This document shows positions 11,758 through 25,161 of a stretch of 62,607 bases of DNA, one piece after another. The notes beneath the pieces are model-generated. The model did not search any database and was not told where the DNA came from. It saw only the letters and a list, made by a program, of their open reading frames with translations. Each line of letters begins with the position of its first letter. The stretch's first letter is position 1. This stretch comes from Octopus bimaculoides (taxonomy: Eukaryota): contig NC_068981.1 in assembly GCF_001194135.2 (NCBI RefSeq), forward strand, positions 56,761,855 to 56,824,461, read 5' to 3'. The translations under genes and the position numbers were made by a program.

Positions 11758-12703
11758 ACTATATATATATATATTTGGTTATATACATATTTGTGTATGT
11801 ATCTAAATGTGTCCCCTTTTGCGTCTGAATGTCCCTGTATGTCTTTTTATTTGAATAGTGTCTATTTACTTGCAATTTTGCTTTCCAGAATCAGATTAAA
11901 GGATTCTGTTGTTATTTTTAAGATTAAAAAATTCACCTGCTGCTAGTGAATATATTCCTGCTTTTATCTACAGAGGTGACTCCAAATTCGTTTTTTTTTA
12001 ACCCCTTAAACTTTTCTCTCATTTATTATGATATATCCGTAATTGCATAATCTTTTGTGTTGCCACGCCAGGAGGTAATGTCTTGTATTGCTGATATCAT
12101 TCAGATTATATAGATATGTTTGTTCTTCCCGTAGTTACTCAATTCTTTTTTTCTGTATTGCTGAATTAAGATATTTTAATGAATCAATTAAGTAATGCTA
12201 ACCACTGTCTGCAGTAGAACAGCTGCTAGGCTGTTGGCTTGCCGAAACTCAACAAGTTTCGATTCTAATTTGAAATAGTTTCACTTTATTTATTCCCGTG
12301 GGAGACCAGAGAGGTAATTTATTTGTAAGTCATTTACCTTGCTTACTTTTAAGTCAAATCATTGAGCTTTTGCACAAGCTTACTGTCGAAGTTTATCAAA
12401 GTTCTAAACCCATTAAGCCAGTGAGGGTTCTTTTCCCAATTTGATAAGACATTGATCTATTATAATTTTGTTTACACTGAGAATTCTTTGACAGGGCTTA
12501 AACACGAGACTACAGATTCATTGCTGCTAGACAAACTGTCAAAAATATAGTCACTTCAGTATTCACGCTAGAGCTTTATCATAGTTTATCTATCGAGTAT
12601 TTCATTGATACCAGAGCAATGGAAATCTAGGTTTAAAGCAGTGGAGAAAATTATTTATACAAGTAATTAAATATGTGTAGGTATGTACATTGTAACTTTT
12701 ATT

Positions 12704-13842
12704 GAACATTAAACTGCTCACTGAAAAACATCTGCAACACGAGTCTGATCTCTATCACAACTTCATAGACTTCAAAAAAGGCATTTGACCGTGTTTGGAA
12801 CGATGGGTTGTGGCAGGTGGCGAAGAATTACGACTTCGATAACAATACACTTCGAAGTAAGTCAAGCAGTGCAGTCCTCCTGAATAACATCGGAGAATTT
12901 TTCATGAAAACAGCAGGTATTCGATAAGGATGTTTTCTCTCTCCTGTGCTTTTCAACATCCTCCTGCAGAACACCATACAAGAGATACTTAAAAACCTCT
13001 ACCTTTCTGTTTCCATTAGAGGACGGCCTATTTTTGTTGATGATATTAACCTGTTAGGAAGCAGTGAAGAAGAACTACAGGAGCTCACTTCCAGACTGGA
13101 AAAAATATCAGGCGTGTACGGGATGGAGATCAGCCCAGAAAAGAGCAAGATAATGGTTAATAGTAACAACCAAAACACAGCAACCAACATCATGCCAAAT
13201 GGAGAGACATGATGAAGTGGTTACCTCCGAGTACCTAGGAGTCACTTTGATCAAGAATAGCAGATCTCAAAGGGAGATAATGACAAAACTCAGCTTAGCC
13301 TCTGCTCCCATGACAAAGCTGAACAACATATGCAGAAGCAATTTCATTAGTTTTCCCACAAGATTCAGAGTGTAAAAGACTCTAGTCACTTCGATACTTC
13401 TGTATGGGTGTAAGAACTGGATTCTTAGAACCTACAATGGAGCGAAGAATCCAGGCATTTGGGTACAAGTGCTCCAGAAGATTATTACACATCTACACAG
13501 AGCACAAAACGAACAGCTTTGTTAGGCAGTAAATCAGCAAATACGCTGGCAGTCAGGAAACACTACTTGCGCATGCATAAAGACGGAAACTTGTCTGGTA
13601 CGGACATGTATCCCGCCAAAACCCGCCAAAACCATTCTTCAGGGCATAGCTGAGGGAAGGCGAAAGAGAGGAAGACAGAGAAAATCCTGGATTGACAACA
13701 TCAAGGACCGGACTAGTCACAGCACAGTGAACATGCTACGCATGGCAAAGAACATAGACCGGTTATGATGGCTGACTATAAAAGCGTCTAGCATGGCACC
13801 CCAATGACTGGCTGCATAAGTTAAGGGATCTCGATGATTATG
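12704..13842 (+). mobile_element. RTE-clade LINE, 5'-truncated, decayed RT and 3' end
   Basis: DLYHNFIDFKKAFDRVW..GCFLSPVLFNILL..DDINLLGSSEEELQEL..YLG..LLYGCKNW..GRRKRGRQRKSWIDNIKD, ending in a gatgattatg tail. Confidence 0.92.
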
Positions 13843-15650
13843 TACGTTGTAATAAGAGTTTATTCAAACAGTATGGTGTTGAAGAACCAATTGACTTCGA
13901 TCTCATAGCTTCGAAGCTATGGAGAGATAGTACAGTACACATATGTAGAATTAGTCCGAGAGATCTTAATAGAGCAATTAAACAAACGCACAACGTTCTA
14001 GCAATACACGAGGAACTTATTGCTAGTATGTTTTTTGCTAATATATTCCACATTTTTGCATGTTCAAAAAATTATTTCGGCGAATACAACTGCCCGAAGA
14101 GAGTAACAAACTAGTCACATTCAACAGTGTGAAGTCGGCTCCAGAGTCGTTCAAAACCACTATGAAACATTTGTTTGAATGATTGAAATACCTGTTTATC
14201 GTTATGAATGACATACTAGGAATTTTTGTATCAAAGATAGAAATTACAAACTTTTGTATGGTATGTCATCCCTAACAGGAACAGATTATAAGCCCCTGAT
14301 AAACATTTTGCACAAACTGCTTTACGTAGCCCTTGCAGAAATTATTTCAAGTGTGGAATTATAATGCACTGTAAAATATATAATAGGCGGAGAGGTGGAG
14401 ATTGCAGATGTGCTTAATTGTGCAACGTACGACTGATCTCTGATACATGGGACATACAATCCCATTGCCAACACTTCAGATGATTGCTGTGCATATTGCT
14501 AAAGTGAAAGCTATGGCTGTTAAACATAGTTAACTGGCTACGTTAGAATAAGTTCAAGAGTTACGCTATTACCAGATGCAAATTAAAAGTTTCTGGAACT
14601 ACAAGGATAACGTAACATAATTACATGGGCTGGTATCTAAAAGCCAGAAAGTTTTGTTCCACGGCTAATGAGATGATTAATACTTAATGATATACACTAG
14701 TCACATTTAGGTCACTCACTTTGTCTAAAGAGAGCACAGGATTGCATTATTGACGTATGATGTGAGCAGATACATCATTGTAGAGTATGAGGATGTAATA
14801 CTTGTACCCGGCATCAATGAAACCAGATAAAGATTGTCTTTGAATCAGTTATATTGCCGGAGTTATCATTGTCAACAAGACATTTTGTTTCAGAAAAAGA
14901 ACTTTTAGTCTCGCATTCTTGTGGTCTACTACAGTAGATTAATTAAATGACATATACAACCAGACACACACACAAAAAAGAAAGGATACAAACAATCTAA
15001 ACACAGTATAATTTCAATTTTTGAGGCATGGAGTCTCGTGGAATTTCTCACAGTTAATTGGCAGCAATTTGACAGCAATAATTCAAAAAATTCTCGAAAA
15101 CTTGTCAATTTGAGCAGAAAACTTCAAGATATGTATAAATATATTAACAGCATGTATAAGAAAAATCACTGCAATTAAGATCAAATGATACATGATTTTT
15201 TTTTTTTATACAAGGAAGTACAGCTATGTCAGAGCATATATCTTCTGCTGTTTGGTTATTTGCTTGAAGAATCAGAATCTTACAGATTACTGCTAATCTC
15301 CTGTCAAAACCTGGTACATAATAAGGTTGGGAACTTTGCAGAGAGTAATAATGGCTGAAATGCATAATGTGTATGTACATATGTGATGGTATGTGAGCAC
15401 AAGCGATAGGTGACCAAATTTGTCCCCAGTAAAGAGATAAGAAATAGTGCGAATGAATATTAATGATCATGGCTGTTTGTCTTTAAGAGCGACCGAAAGA
15501 GTTCGTAGATGAAGTTATATCGTAATTATTGGTGAAACAAAAAACACATCTGCAATTGAATAGCTGCAGGCCATCCTATATTACAACGAACATCAATGTT
15601 AGATGCTTATCTAAATGTCGTATTGTTGACATCTCTCTCTCTCTCTCTCT

Positions 15651-15692
<42 letters not shown>

Positions 15693-16453
15693 NNNNNNNN
15701 NNNNNNNNNNNNNNNNNNNNNNNNNNNNNNNNNNNNNNNNNNNNNNNNNNNNNNNNNNNNNNNNNNNNNNNNNNNNNNNNNNNNNNNNNNNNNNNNNNNN
15801 NNNNNNNNNNNNNNNNNNNNNNNNNNNNNNNNNNNNNNNNNNNNNNNNNNNNNNNNNNNNNNNNNNNNNNNNNNNNNNNNNNNNNNNNNNNNNNNNNNNN
15901 NNNNNNNNNNNNNNNNNNNNNNNNNNNNNNNNNNNNNNNNNNNNNNNNNNNNNNNNNNNNNNNNNNNNNNNNNNNNNNNNNNNNNNNNNNNNNNNNNNNN
16001 NNNNNNNNNNNNNNNNNNNNNNNNNNNNNNNNNNNNNNNNNNNNNNNNNNNNNNNNNNNNNNNNNNNNNNNNNNNNNNNNNNNNNNNNNNNNNNNNNNNN
16101 NNNNNNNNNNNNNNNNNNNNNNNNNNNNNNNNNNNNNNNNNNNNNNNNNNNNNNNNNNNNNNNNNNNNNNNNNNNNNNNNNNNNNNNNNNNNNNNNNNNN
16201 NNNNNNNNNNNNNNNNNNNNNNNNNNNNNNNNNNNNNNNNNNNNNNNNNNNNNNNNNNNNNNNNNNNNNNNNNNNNNNNNNNNNNNNNNNNNNNNNNNNN
16301 NNNNNNNNNNNNNNNNNNNNNNNNNNNNNNNNNNNNNNNNNNNNNNNNNNNNNNNNNNNNNNNNNNNNNNNNNNNNNNNNNNNNNNNNNNNNNNNNNNNN
16401 NNNNNNNNNNNNNNNNNNNNNNNNNNNNNNNNNNNNNNNNNNNNNNNNNNNNN

Positions 16454-16485
<32 letters not shown>

Positions 16486-17519
16486 GTGTGTGAGTGGGTG
16501 TTTGCACTCTTCTTTCAGTTGATTTTATATTCGATGGAGAATCATGTCGTTATTTCATTAATCTTCTACTTCCATAAGTATTTTAGATAATTTATAAATG
16601 CCTTTATCTCCTGTATTTATTCTGTAATTGACAATTATTCAGGCTTCACTAAGTTTCTCATATACCAAAGATCTAAGTTTATGCCATTCAACCACAGAAA
16701 AAACTCAATAATAACCATCATAGAATAATAACTTCAACATGAAAACGATCCGTTATACATAATTAAGAGATTAAGCAGAATTTTTCGTAAAATCAGCGGG
16801 ATACAATATTCTCTTTAAGGCTGATTTATTATTTTGTCTTTATAGCAAATTATGAATGTACTATACCTTTCATTTTTGTTTAATCTATTAAGTTTTAAAG
16901 TAGTATAAATATATTTAGCACAACGTTGTAGCCTTCACAATCTAGTCGAATTGTTAGAGCTCTAACATATATTTTAATGTACAGTTTAACTCCGAAAGTA
17001 GGCACCATATTTAAACTATTTTGACTTGTCAAACTAGGTAATATTCTGTTACAACACAATATGGTGCACTTTCAATGATAACAGCAAGAAACAAATAATT
17101 AAAACAAATAACATTCAAATATCTTTTACGGTTATTATTTATTAAATTAGTTTATTTGCAAGCCATATTTTGTAAATATTGTGGATGCGGCTATTAATTA
17201 AATTTAAAATATTAATTAAATTTGCATTTTAGATTGAGATATTTTGTAAAGTCAGCTTTCATATAAGAGGTTGATATAACAATTTTCTATTGTTCATTAA
17301 TATGGGAATCATGTAAATTATACTTACAAACTCTATGCATATTCATCTTAGAGAAAATAATTAATAAATAATAAAGGAACTGTATCTGCATGATCTCTGC
17401 TAATTTCAGTTATGCTGCATTCATCTTCAGTAAACGTCATGAAATCTAATAAATCATATACTTCTATTTTTTTAAGAATTTATTTTATCTACTTTAACAC
17501 ATTGTTCCAGTTGTTGTTG

Positions 17520-17735
17520 TTGTAATATGACCTTAGGTCAGTTCTGATTGAGTATAACTTTAACCTATGACATACTAGCCGTAACCTTTCCGTCTCTTTT
17601 CGAACAATTTAGTAATACATTTTGTAATGTATACTTTATCCTTATTGAGTTGGTAGGTTGAGATTGAAGGATATTTGGCTTCTATTTCAAGCAGTTCACA
17701 TAGTAGTTCCCTCGTTGGTCCATCATTGTTTAAGT
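17520..17735 (+). mobile_element. Probable decayed short interspersed repeat (third family)
   Basis: ttaggtcagttctgattgag..acctatgac..gatatttggcttctatttcaagcag..gttccctcgttgg resembles a common octopus repeat as I recall it. Only one copy is visible here. Confidence 0.4.
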
Positions 17736-17941
17736 AAATGGATTTAGTGCAGGTCCTCTCAATAATAAACAATTCCTTAAGAGCATTGATACACTATAGT
17801 CAAGGATAGGCCTACTATCATCTATTAACTCGTGTATTATTAATATTAGCCGGCGGTAAAACATATAGCTGAATTGCTAGAAGCCTAACTTATATTTTAA
17901 TATACAGTAATTCTCCACCGGCAGATGTCGAAATGAAAGTA

Positions 17942-19317
17942 TTGAGTTGTTCGGGAAGTCCGTGCCGATTTTTAAAGGAAAGAAAAAGGTCAATGAATAC
18001 TTGCCATTACATTTTTAATCAACCAAATATGAACCATTTTGTTGCACAATGCATCTCCATCTTTCCTTTAATTTGAAAATACCCTCTTCCCAGAATTGAG
18101 GTGGTTTCATGGCAAAGAATTCATCAAGGTATCTTTTTACGTCATCTAAGGAATTGAAATTTTTACCATTAAGACTATGCTGCAGAGACCTGAATAAGTG
18201 GAAATCCGAAGGAGCAATATCTGGTGAATATNNNNNNNNNNNNNNNNNNNNNNNNNNNNNNNNNNNNNNNNNNNNNNNNNNNNNNNNNNNNNNNNNNNNN
18301 NNNNNNNNNNNNNNNNNNNNNNNNNNNNNNNNNNNNNNNNNNNNNNNNNNNNNNNNNNNNNNNNNNNNNNNNNNNNNNNNNNNNNNNNNNNNNNNNNNNN
18401 NNNNNNNNNNNNNNNNNNNNNNNNNNNNNNNNNNNNNNNNNNNNNNNNNNNNNNNNNNNNNNNNNNNNNNNNNNNNNNNNNNNNNNAGTATTCCTCAGAC
18501 TTAATTGTCTGGTTACTTGGGAGAAGCTCATAGTACAGAATTCCTTTCCAATCCCACCAGACACAAAGCAAGACTTTTTTAGGATGAAGACCCGCTTTTG
18601 GAGTGGCTAAGGGTGACTCATGTCGCTTACTCCAGGATCGCTTTCTCTGAACATTTCGGTAGATAATCCATTTCTCATCACCTGTCACAATTTGCTTTAA
18701 AATAGGTGCGTTTTCATTCCGTTTATAAAGCGAATCACAGATGGAAATGCGATCCAAAAGTTCTTCTCACTCAACTCATGTGGTACCCAAACATCGTAGC
18801 GATTTGTGTGCCCAAGCTTTACCCAGGTGCTCATGAACGACGGATTTTAATGGGTGGAGGCTTTCTGCCAATTGTCAGGTTGTGCAATGTGAGTTATTCT
18901 CAATTAATGACTTGATTTGGCCATCATCTGTAGTGGATGGTCTGCCTGATCGCTCTTTATCAATAAGGCAACAATCTCCAGCTCGGAACCTTGCGAACCA
19001 CTTCCGTACAGTTCTTTCGGATAAAGAAACATCACTGTAAACTGCACATATTTCTTTGGTTGCTTGTGAGGCATTTTTCCCTTTACGGAAAAAGAAAAGC
19101 ATCAAGTGCCGAAAATGAACTTTCTTATCTTCCATTTTAAAGGGTTACAGAATTAACACAGGTTATAGGAACATAAACCTTCTTCCACGAAAAGATAGCT
19201 TAAACTGTGCTCTAAATGGAGGTGAAGTCAAATCCTATTCTATGGACTCAACCACGTTCTAAAATAAGTCGAAAGGTAAGCTACTATAAATCGGCATGAA
19301 CTTTCCGGACAACCCAA
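17942..19317 (-). mobile_element. Full-length mariner (mellifera-like), TA TSD, internal gap
   Basis: 30-bp TIRs ttgagttgttcgggaagtccgtgccgattt versus the reverse complement of aaatcggcatgaactttccggacaacccaa (5 mismatches). TA at 17940-17941 and 19318-19319. Confidence 0.93.
18015..19135 (-). pseudogene. Mariner transposase pseudogene
   Basis: MEDKKVHFRHLMLFFFRKGKNASQA..RSGRP..WVPHEL..QIVTGDEKW..KKVLLCVWWDWKGILYYELL..NGSYLVD*. Has a stop at 18875-18877 and a frameshift. Confidence 0.92.
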
Positions 19318-19714
19318 TATTTTGACTCAACAAAATACGTAACATTCTCCTACAATGCAATATGGGACATTTGCAAAGATAGTAACAAGAGAAGAATAAT
19401 TATAATAAATAACATTGAAATACCTTTTACAAATAATAACGCCCTGGTCGAAAAATTAAGAGTGAACAAAACACGCTATTATTAGATAACTATCCCTTGC
19501 AGTGGAAATCTTCGTTCTATGACTTGTTTAGGGGTCATACCACATTTATTTGTATACAATGGAAACTATCTTTGAGAAATTATTGGTTCATTTTTACTCA
19601 CTAACCAGCTATTTACGGCTAAAGTAGCTGCGAGTATATCAGGCGTACAAAGTTTTGCTGAAATGCTCAGGATTTTAAGCAAGTGGAATTCGTAGTATTA
19701 CTCAGGTTCACTCC

Positions 19715-19927
19715 AAGGCGGCGAGCTGGCAGAAAAGGTAGCACACCGGACGAAATGCTTAGCGGTATTTCGTCTGTCTTTACGTTCTTAGTTCAAATTC
19801 CGCCGAGGTCAACTGTGCTTTTCATCCTCTCGGGGTCGATAAATTAAGTACCAATTACGTAATGGGGTCGATCTAATCGACTGGCTTCGTCCCCAAAATT
19901 TCGGGCCTTGTACCTAGATTACAAAAG
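19715..19927 (+). mobile_element. SINE family A, well preserved, 18-bp TSD
   Basis: ggcggcgagctggcagaa (A box)..agttcaaattcc (B box)..tcatcctctcggggtcgataaattaagtacc. TSD attactcaggttcactcc at 19697-19714 and 19928-19945. Confidence 0.92.
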
Positions 19928-20575
19928 ATTACTCAGGTTCACTCCTTATCTTATTTCACTTTTACAGCTACACCCTACTTCGAAGCAACACTATTATAAT
20001 AGCCGGATCTATAAGGGAACAAAAGAGCAATTGATCCAGGCCTCCCAATATGTCGGGGGCTCGCTGCTTCCCAGAAAGCTTGCATGAAGAAGGCCTTCCG
20101 CAATCTACTTAAAAAATCTACTTAATAGAATCCTTTAAAACGATACCACATTTCTCCACCAGATAAGACACTCAACCCTACGATAACTACTGGCCAGTTC
20201 TCTAGAAGAAGTTTTAAATCTCTTGGGGATAAAATAAGCGGATGGATTTAGAAAAGAATAGTAACAAAAACAAATTTATCACTACCATCTACGAAGAAAT
20301 TGATGGATATAACTCTATTCAGAATTCTTAACACACCCCATAACCCCACCGACCCTCCTATATATACATATATATAAATATATGCCTGTGTATGCGCGCG
20401 TGCGCATGTGTTGAACCTTTAATCCATATACATTTTTTCCTCTCTCCTTTTTCTTTTCGTCTTAATCCATTTCCCCGAGCGCGCTAAACTAATACACCTG
20501 CTTGTTCCTTCATCTGTCATCGCCTTTTGTTTATATATATATATATATACATATACGTATATATATATATACATA

Positions 20576-21395
20576 CACGAGGTCTGCTCAATAAGTATTC
20601 AGACTGTTGCCAGAGTGAAGATGGTGAAGACGCTTGGCAAAGATTGACCTTGACTTCTGCTGACCATGTGCACTACATTTTAACATTATAGCTCTCTTCC
20701 GCCGTGTACAGCAGTGCTTGGAGGGAAGGTGTCTAGCTGCTCATGGTGATACCTGCTCAGAGGCTGACGCAAAACTGCAGAAAGGGTATGGAGGGTAGTG
20801 TATGAGCCGCACACAAGTGTACGAATGGTTCAGACGTTTCCAAGATGACCGAAAGAATGTCGATATTGATGAACGTTCTGGGAGACCGCAGCCAGCAGAA
20901 CTGAGAAAGACATCGCAGATGTGCGTGCATCTGTGAGAGGAAATCGTCGAATCACCATCCGTGAGTTATCAGAGGATGTGTAGATTAGTTACGGTTCAGT
21001 CCACTCCATTATCACTGAAAATTGCTTGAGTCGCGAATCTGCCAAGTTTGTGCCAAAACTACTTTCAGCTGACCAAAAGAACACTGGGACTTCAGTAGCA
21101 CATGATCTCCTTGATTGTGTAGAGAACGATGAAAAATTTTTGAAAATTTTGCGTAGGCCTCTGAGCAAGTATCGCCAAGCTTTTGGTAAAATTTGAAGCA
21201 GATTGTCAGCACAACTTTCTGTGTCATGGTCAATGCGACGATCACACGCTACACACCTTCCTCCAAAGTACTGGTGTAAACAGAGTGTGCATGCACAACA
21301 GAGTTTAAGGTCAATCTGTCCCTAGCGGCATTAATCTGGATGCTTTAGCTTCGTTGATATGGCAACAGTCCGGATACTTATTGATCAAACTCGCG
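20576..21395. mobile_element. Irritans-like mariner derivative with two 5' ends (foldback)
   Basis: TIRs cacgaggtctgctcaataagtattcagactgttgcc versus cgcgagtttgatcaataagtatccggactgttgcc (RC). Plus strand encodes YEWFRRF..ERSGRP..RITIRELS..AKFVPKLLS..DLLDCVENDEKFLK. From about 21146 the sequence is an inverted copy of the 5' end. Confidence 0.88.
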
Positions 21396-21409
21396 CATCC
21401 ATTTCCAAG

Positions 21410-21454
<45 letters not shown>

Positions 21455-22808
21455 CATACATACATATACATAAATAAACGTATCTATGAGTATGTGTATG
21501 TCGGTAGGTGGTGAATAATAAATGCAATGAACTATAAAACAGAGAAAACATGAAAAATTACACAGAAGGGACACATACACAAACACACATATATACATGC
21601 ATGCACTAGCATACATACATACATACATACATACATGCATAATAAATCTTCGAGGCCCCGCAAATGGTCATGGGCACAGCTACCCCGCTGGTAAATGATT
21701 ATATTATTTCGGAAGTTTCAGTTATTGAACATGAGATTCTAACCATCATCATTTCAATATTTACTCTCACTCACTCCGGCCTGGAAAATTGAAGGCAACT
21801 TTTACACAGTTTTTGCATTACTTTAACTTGTCGTAGCAACCTACATAAGAAAATTGATACGATTACTAAATGGAAGTTAGGAAAAATATACCTGGTCATG
21901 ATATTGTATAAAGAGGTGATTAATAAATGTATCAAAACTGATCTGATGGAATCTTCGTTCGTTCGATAAATTTGGTGTCTTGGCATTAAGTAGACATTAT
22001 CATTTCGTTTATTTGCATGAATCTACAATGTTCTCTTTGCAAGAAGTGTAGTATAATTTTTCATATCTCATGTTCTATATTCTTCTTTTTTGTATTTCTA
22101 TTTGAATTATAAATTTGCTTATTTAATAGTGCCACTAGTTAAAAATCGATTTTGGTAAGTAATTTCAATGTTTAGGTTATCTGACAGAACGACCTCAGCA
22201 GAAAATTGAATTGATGTCTAGGGAATAAAATAAGTTTTATTTTATACCATTAACAGTTAAGGCTAAGGTGCATCCTTAGATGTTAAGCTTATCAACCAAT
22301 TGTTTCCATTTTGTCTAGCCAAGAAGTAACATTCACCTTCAAAATTGGAAAACATATGCATAATTTCTCGCTTTTCTCCAACAACAAAATGGCTGAACCA
22401 ACTCGAAATTGTGTTAAAATAATTCTTCGTAAACGTTGCTTTCCATTATACAGATGGCTTAATGTTTCTGAATTTTATTTGTAAATTATCTTATATATTC
22501 TTTCTTTTACTCTTCTATTTTCTCTTATTTCCGGTAATTTTTTTACAGTAGTTTTCAATTCACTTAGTTTAATGCTAACTTTAAAAAAACATTGTTTTTA
22601 TCTAAACGTAGTCTATAAAAGAGTATTAAAATAAACAAAGCTTGAAATATACTGACAATTAAAATAACCAGCGGAAATCTTAGAATTCCTTGAATTTATA
22701 CGCATGTGTGAATGCATTGAATCTATCATACATATATTTACTTTTGTCATTCTTTCATCGTGAGTTGTTCCTTGTAATAACACTTAACTGTTAATATTTT
22801 TGTATATT

Positions 22809-22997
22809 AAGACGGCGAGCTGGTAGAAACGTTAGCACGCCGGGCGACATACTCAGCGGTATTTCGTCTGTCTGAGTTCAAATTCCGCCGAGGTCGTCTT
22901 TGTCTTTCATCCTTTTGGGATTGATAAATTAAGTACCTAAACGACTGGCCCCTCCCCCAAAAATTCCGGGCCTTGTACCTGGAGTAGACAAGAATAT
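22809..22997 (+). mobile_element. SINE family A
   Basis: Matches the 19715 copy. Confidence 0.88.
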
Positions 22998-23005
22998 TTT
23001 TATGT

Positions 23006-23222
23006 AAAGCGGTGAGCTGGTAGACTCTTCACCGCGCTAGACGAAGTGCTTAGCGGCGTATCTTCCGACTATACGTTCCGAATTCAAATACTGCGGGGTC
23101 GACTCTGCCTTTCATCTTTTTGGAGTCGATAAAATAAGTACCAGTTGAACACTGGGGTCGATATAATCGATTTACTCCCTCGTTTGAAATTGTTGTCCTT
23201 GTGCCAATATTAGAAACTAATA
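23006..23222 (+). mobile_element. SINE family A, tandem with the previous copy
   Basis: Matches the 19715 copy, more diverged. Confidence 0.85.
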
Positions 23223-24531
23223 TTTTTTATGTATTTATAATTAAAATGATTCAATGACGAATTAAAATTCGTTGCTGTAGACATATATGATCGGTCTAAT
23301 TTTGAAATGTTCTATTCCATGTATTATAAAGATTCGGATCTTGTGAAAACTTGTTTTTTTTTTAACTTATTTTTCTTCGGATTCTTCTCGAGTAAGCGTT
23401 GTGCATCAAGAACACTAGGATTATCTTGTGAACATCGCAACAGTTAGGAACCAGGATAACGCTTAAATATCGATTAGATATGAATAAATATTTGATAAAA
23501 GATGTCCCCTATCAAATTTGGATCAAAATTAGATTCGAAAATTATGTCTGCCAGTTTCTCAAATCTGCAGTTGCATATCAAAATTCGATGTAATCTTTAC
23601 ACTGCAAGTGTAATCTATGATAATATAGCCGATATGCCTATATATCACACACTTTTGATCACCACCTAACCACCAAATGCAGAATCTACTAAACCATTAC
23701 TGTTACTGCGCCACTCAAATTATCAAGCCACTGCATAATTACGACTACCTACTACACATCCATATTCTACGCAACGCTTCTCCTTTCTCTAAAATCCAAG
23801 AACACTTCCTGTTACCTAATTAGTTGGGGGTTTTGCCTATTTAACACAAACTCTCCAAGGCCTTAAATGTTGTTCATCATTGAAACATAGTGACAGTTAG
23901 GCAGGTGACAGAAATCAAAATTCTAGGTATGTTACTTGGACATCCCTCGCACAACCAATGTTTAAGGGCTCAAAATCATTTAAATTGCCTGTAACCAACG
24001 TATGTATGCTGCAATGAAACCTACCTTGAACACTGCCTACAATGCCTGGTAAAATCACATACTTCTAACAATTGAGACGCTTTTACTCCTTACTGCAACT
24101 TATGCAATTCTACCATATACCTCTGTATATCTTATAGTCTACAATTTTTCTCGCCTGCCCTATTGTCGCTTATTTTTCTTCTCCCTCCCCAAAAGAATTG
24201 CCACCAAGTTGCATACTTCTCTTATTGGTCACTCCTTAATTATAACGGTTATATAAGGAATACATCCACCGACGTGTTGCTACCTGACTGCATTCAACTC
24301 CACAATGCCTAAAATGTGCAAAACTCCATGAAAACGCTTTTTCACCATTCCATCAGTCTCACTGTCACGTATGAAAAACCAAGCCAAGTCAAGTAGGAGG
24401 GCCTCGACACAGTCGTCCAGCCTGTTCGAAATAGGAACCAAATCTTCCTCATAACATGTCCTAAGTTCACATTGTGTAATTTAGTTCTAGACAATTATCT
24501 TAAAACCAAACAAAATAAATATCACTGAAAG

Positions 24532-24921
24532 ATGCTGTGCCCTAAGTCTGCTCCATTAGAATTGTCTAGGATAAACATTAACACGTTGTACACACTCGGC
24601 AAAACTACAGCAACACTTTCACGTACCACTCCACGTAACTCATCACGATATATATATATTAAAAGCCAAGTTCGAAAATACCACCTCAACAATAATCTAC
24701 CATTAACTTTGGGGGAAAACGCTACTTTGAGTTTCAAACTGAAATACAGCAAGAAATATGATCCCAACTCCAATTGTCATATCCTTCTCACATCAAGCAT
24801 TTCAAAAGTGAACACTCACCTTCAAAGACTAGCGTTCTCGTCCATTCTGGACGACACCAGTGTGGCCTCTACAGATCACCTACGTCACTCATCAGTTTTC
24901 AACCACCCTGAACAAATTTGA
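24532..24921 (+). mobile_element. Possible very decayed LINE RT C-terminal region (Ingi/I-like)
   Basis: 129-codon open frame. KTTATL..and HLQRLA..DT..HL loosely resemble Ingi-type RT ends. Similarity is weak. Confidence 0.25.
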
Positions 24922-25111
24922 CGAAAACAATATATTCAGTGAAGAATTTGACCGTATATGATAGCAAACTTCTTTTATGGGCTTCATCCAATTTTCACTT
25001 TTTATCTAAAAGCTTCTTGTGAAGCCAATCCATCTTAATGGGTGCACACAGGGATCCTTTTGACTAATACTCCACTAATTTTAGTGATCTACGAATGCTT
25101 AGTTATGATGG

Positions 25112-25161
<50 letters not shown>

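Noticed and set aside
21892-22392. Two minus-strand exon-like segments (21892-21978 and 22337-22392)
   Set aside because: Each looks plausible alone, but joining them in phase runs into a stop. No independent support.
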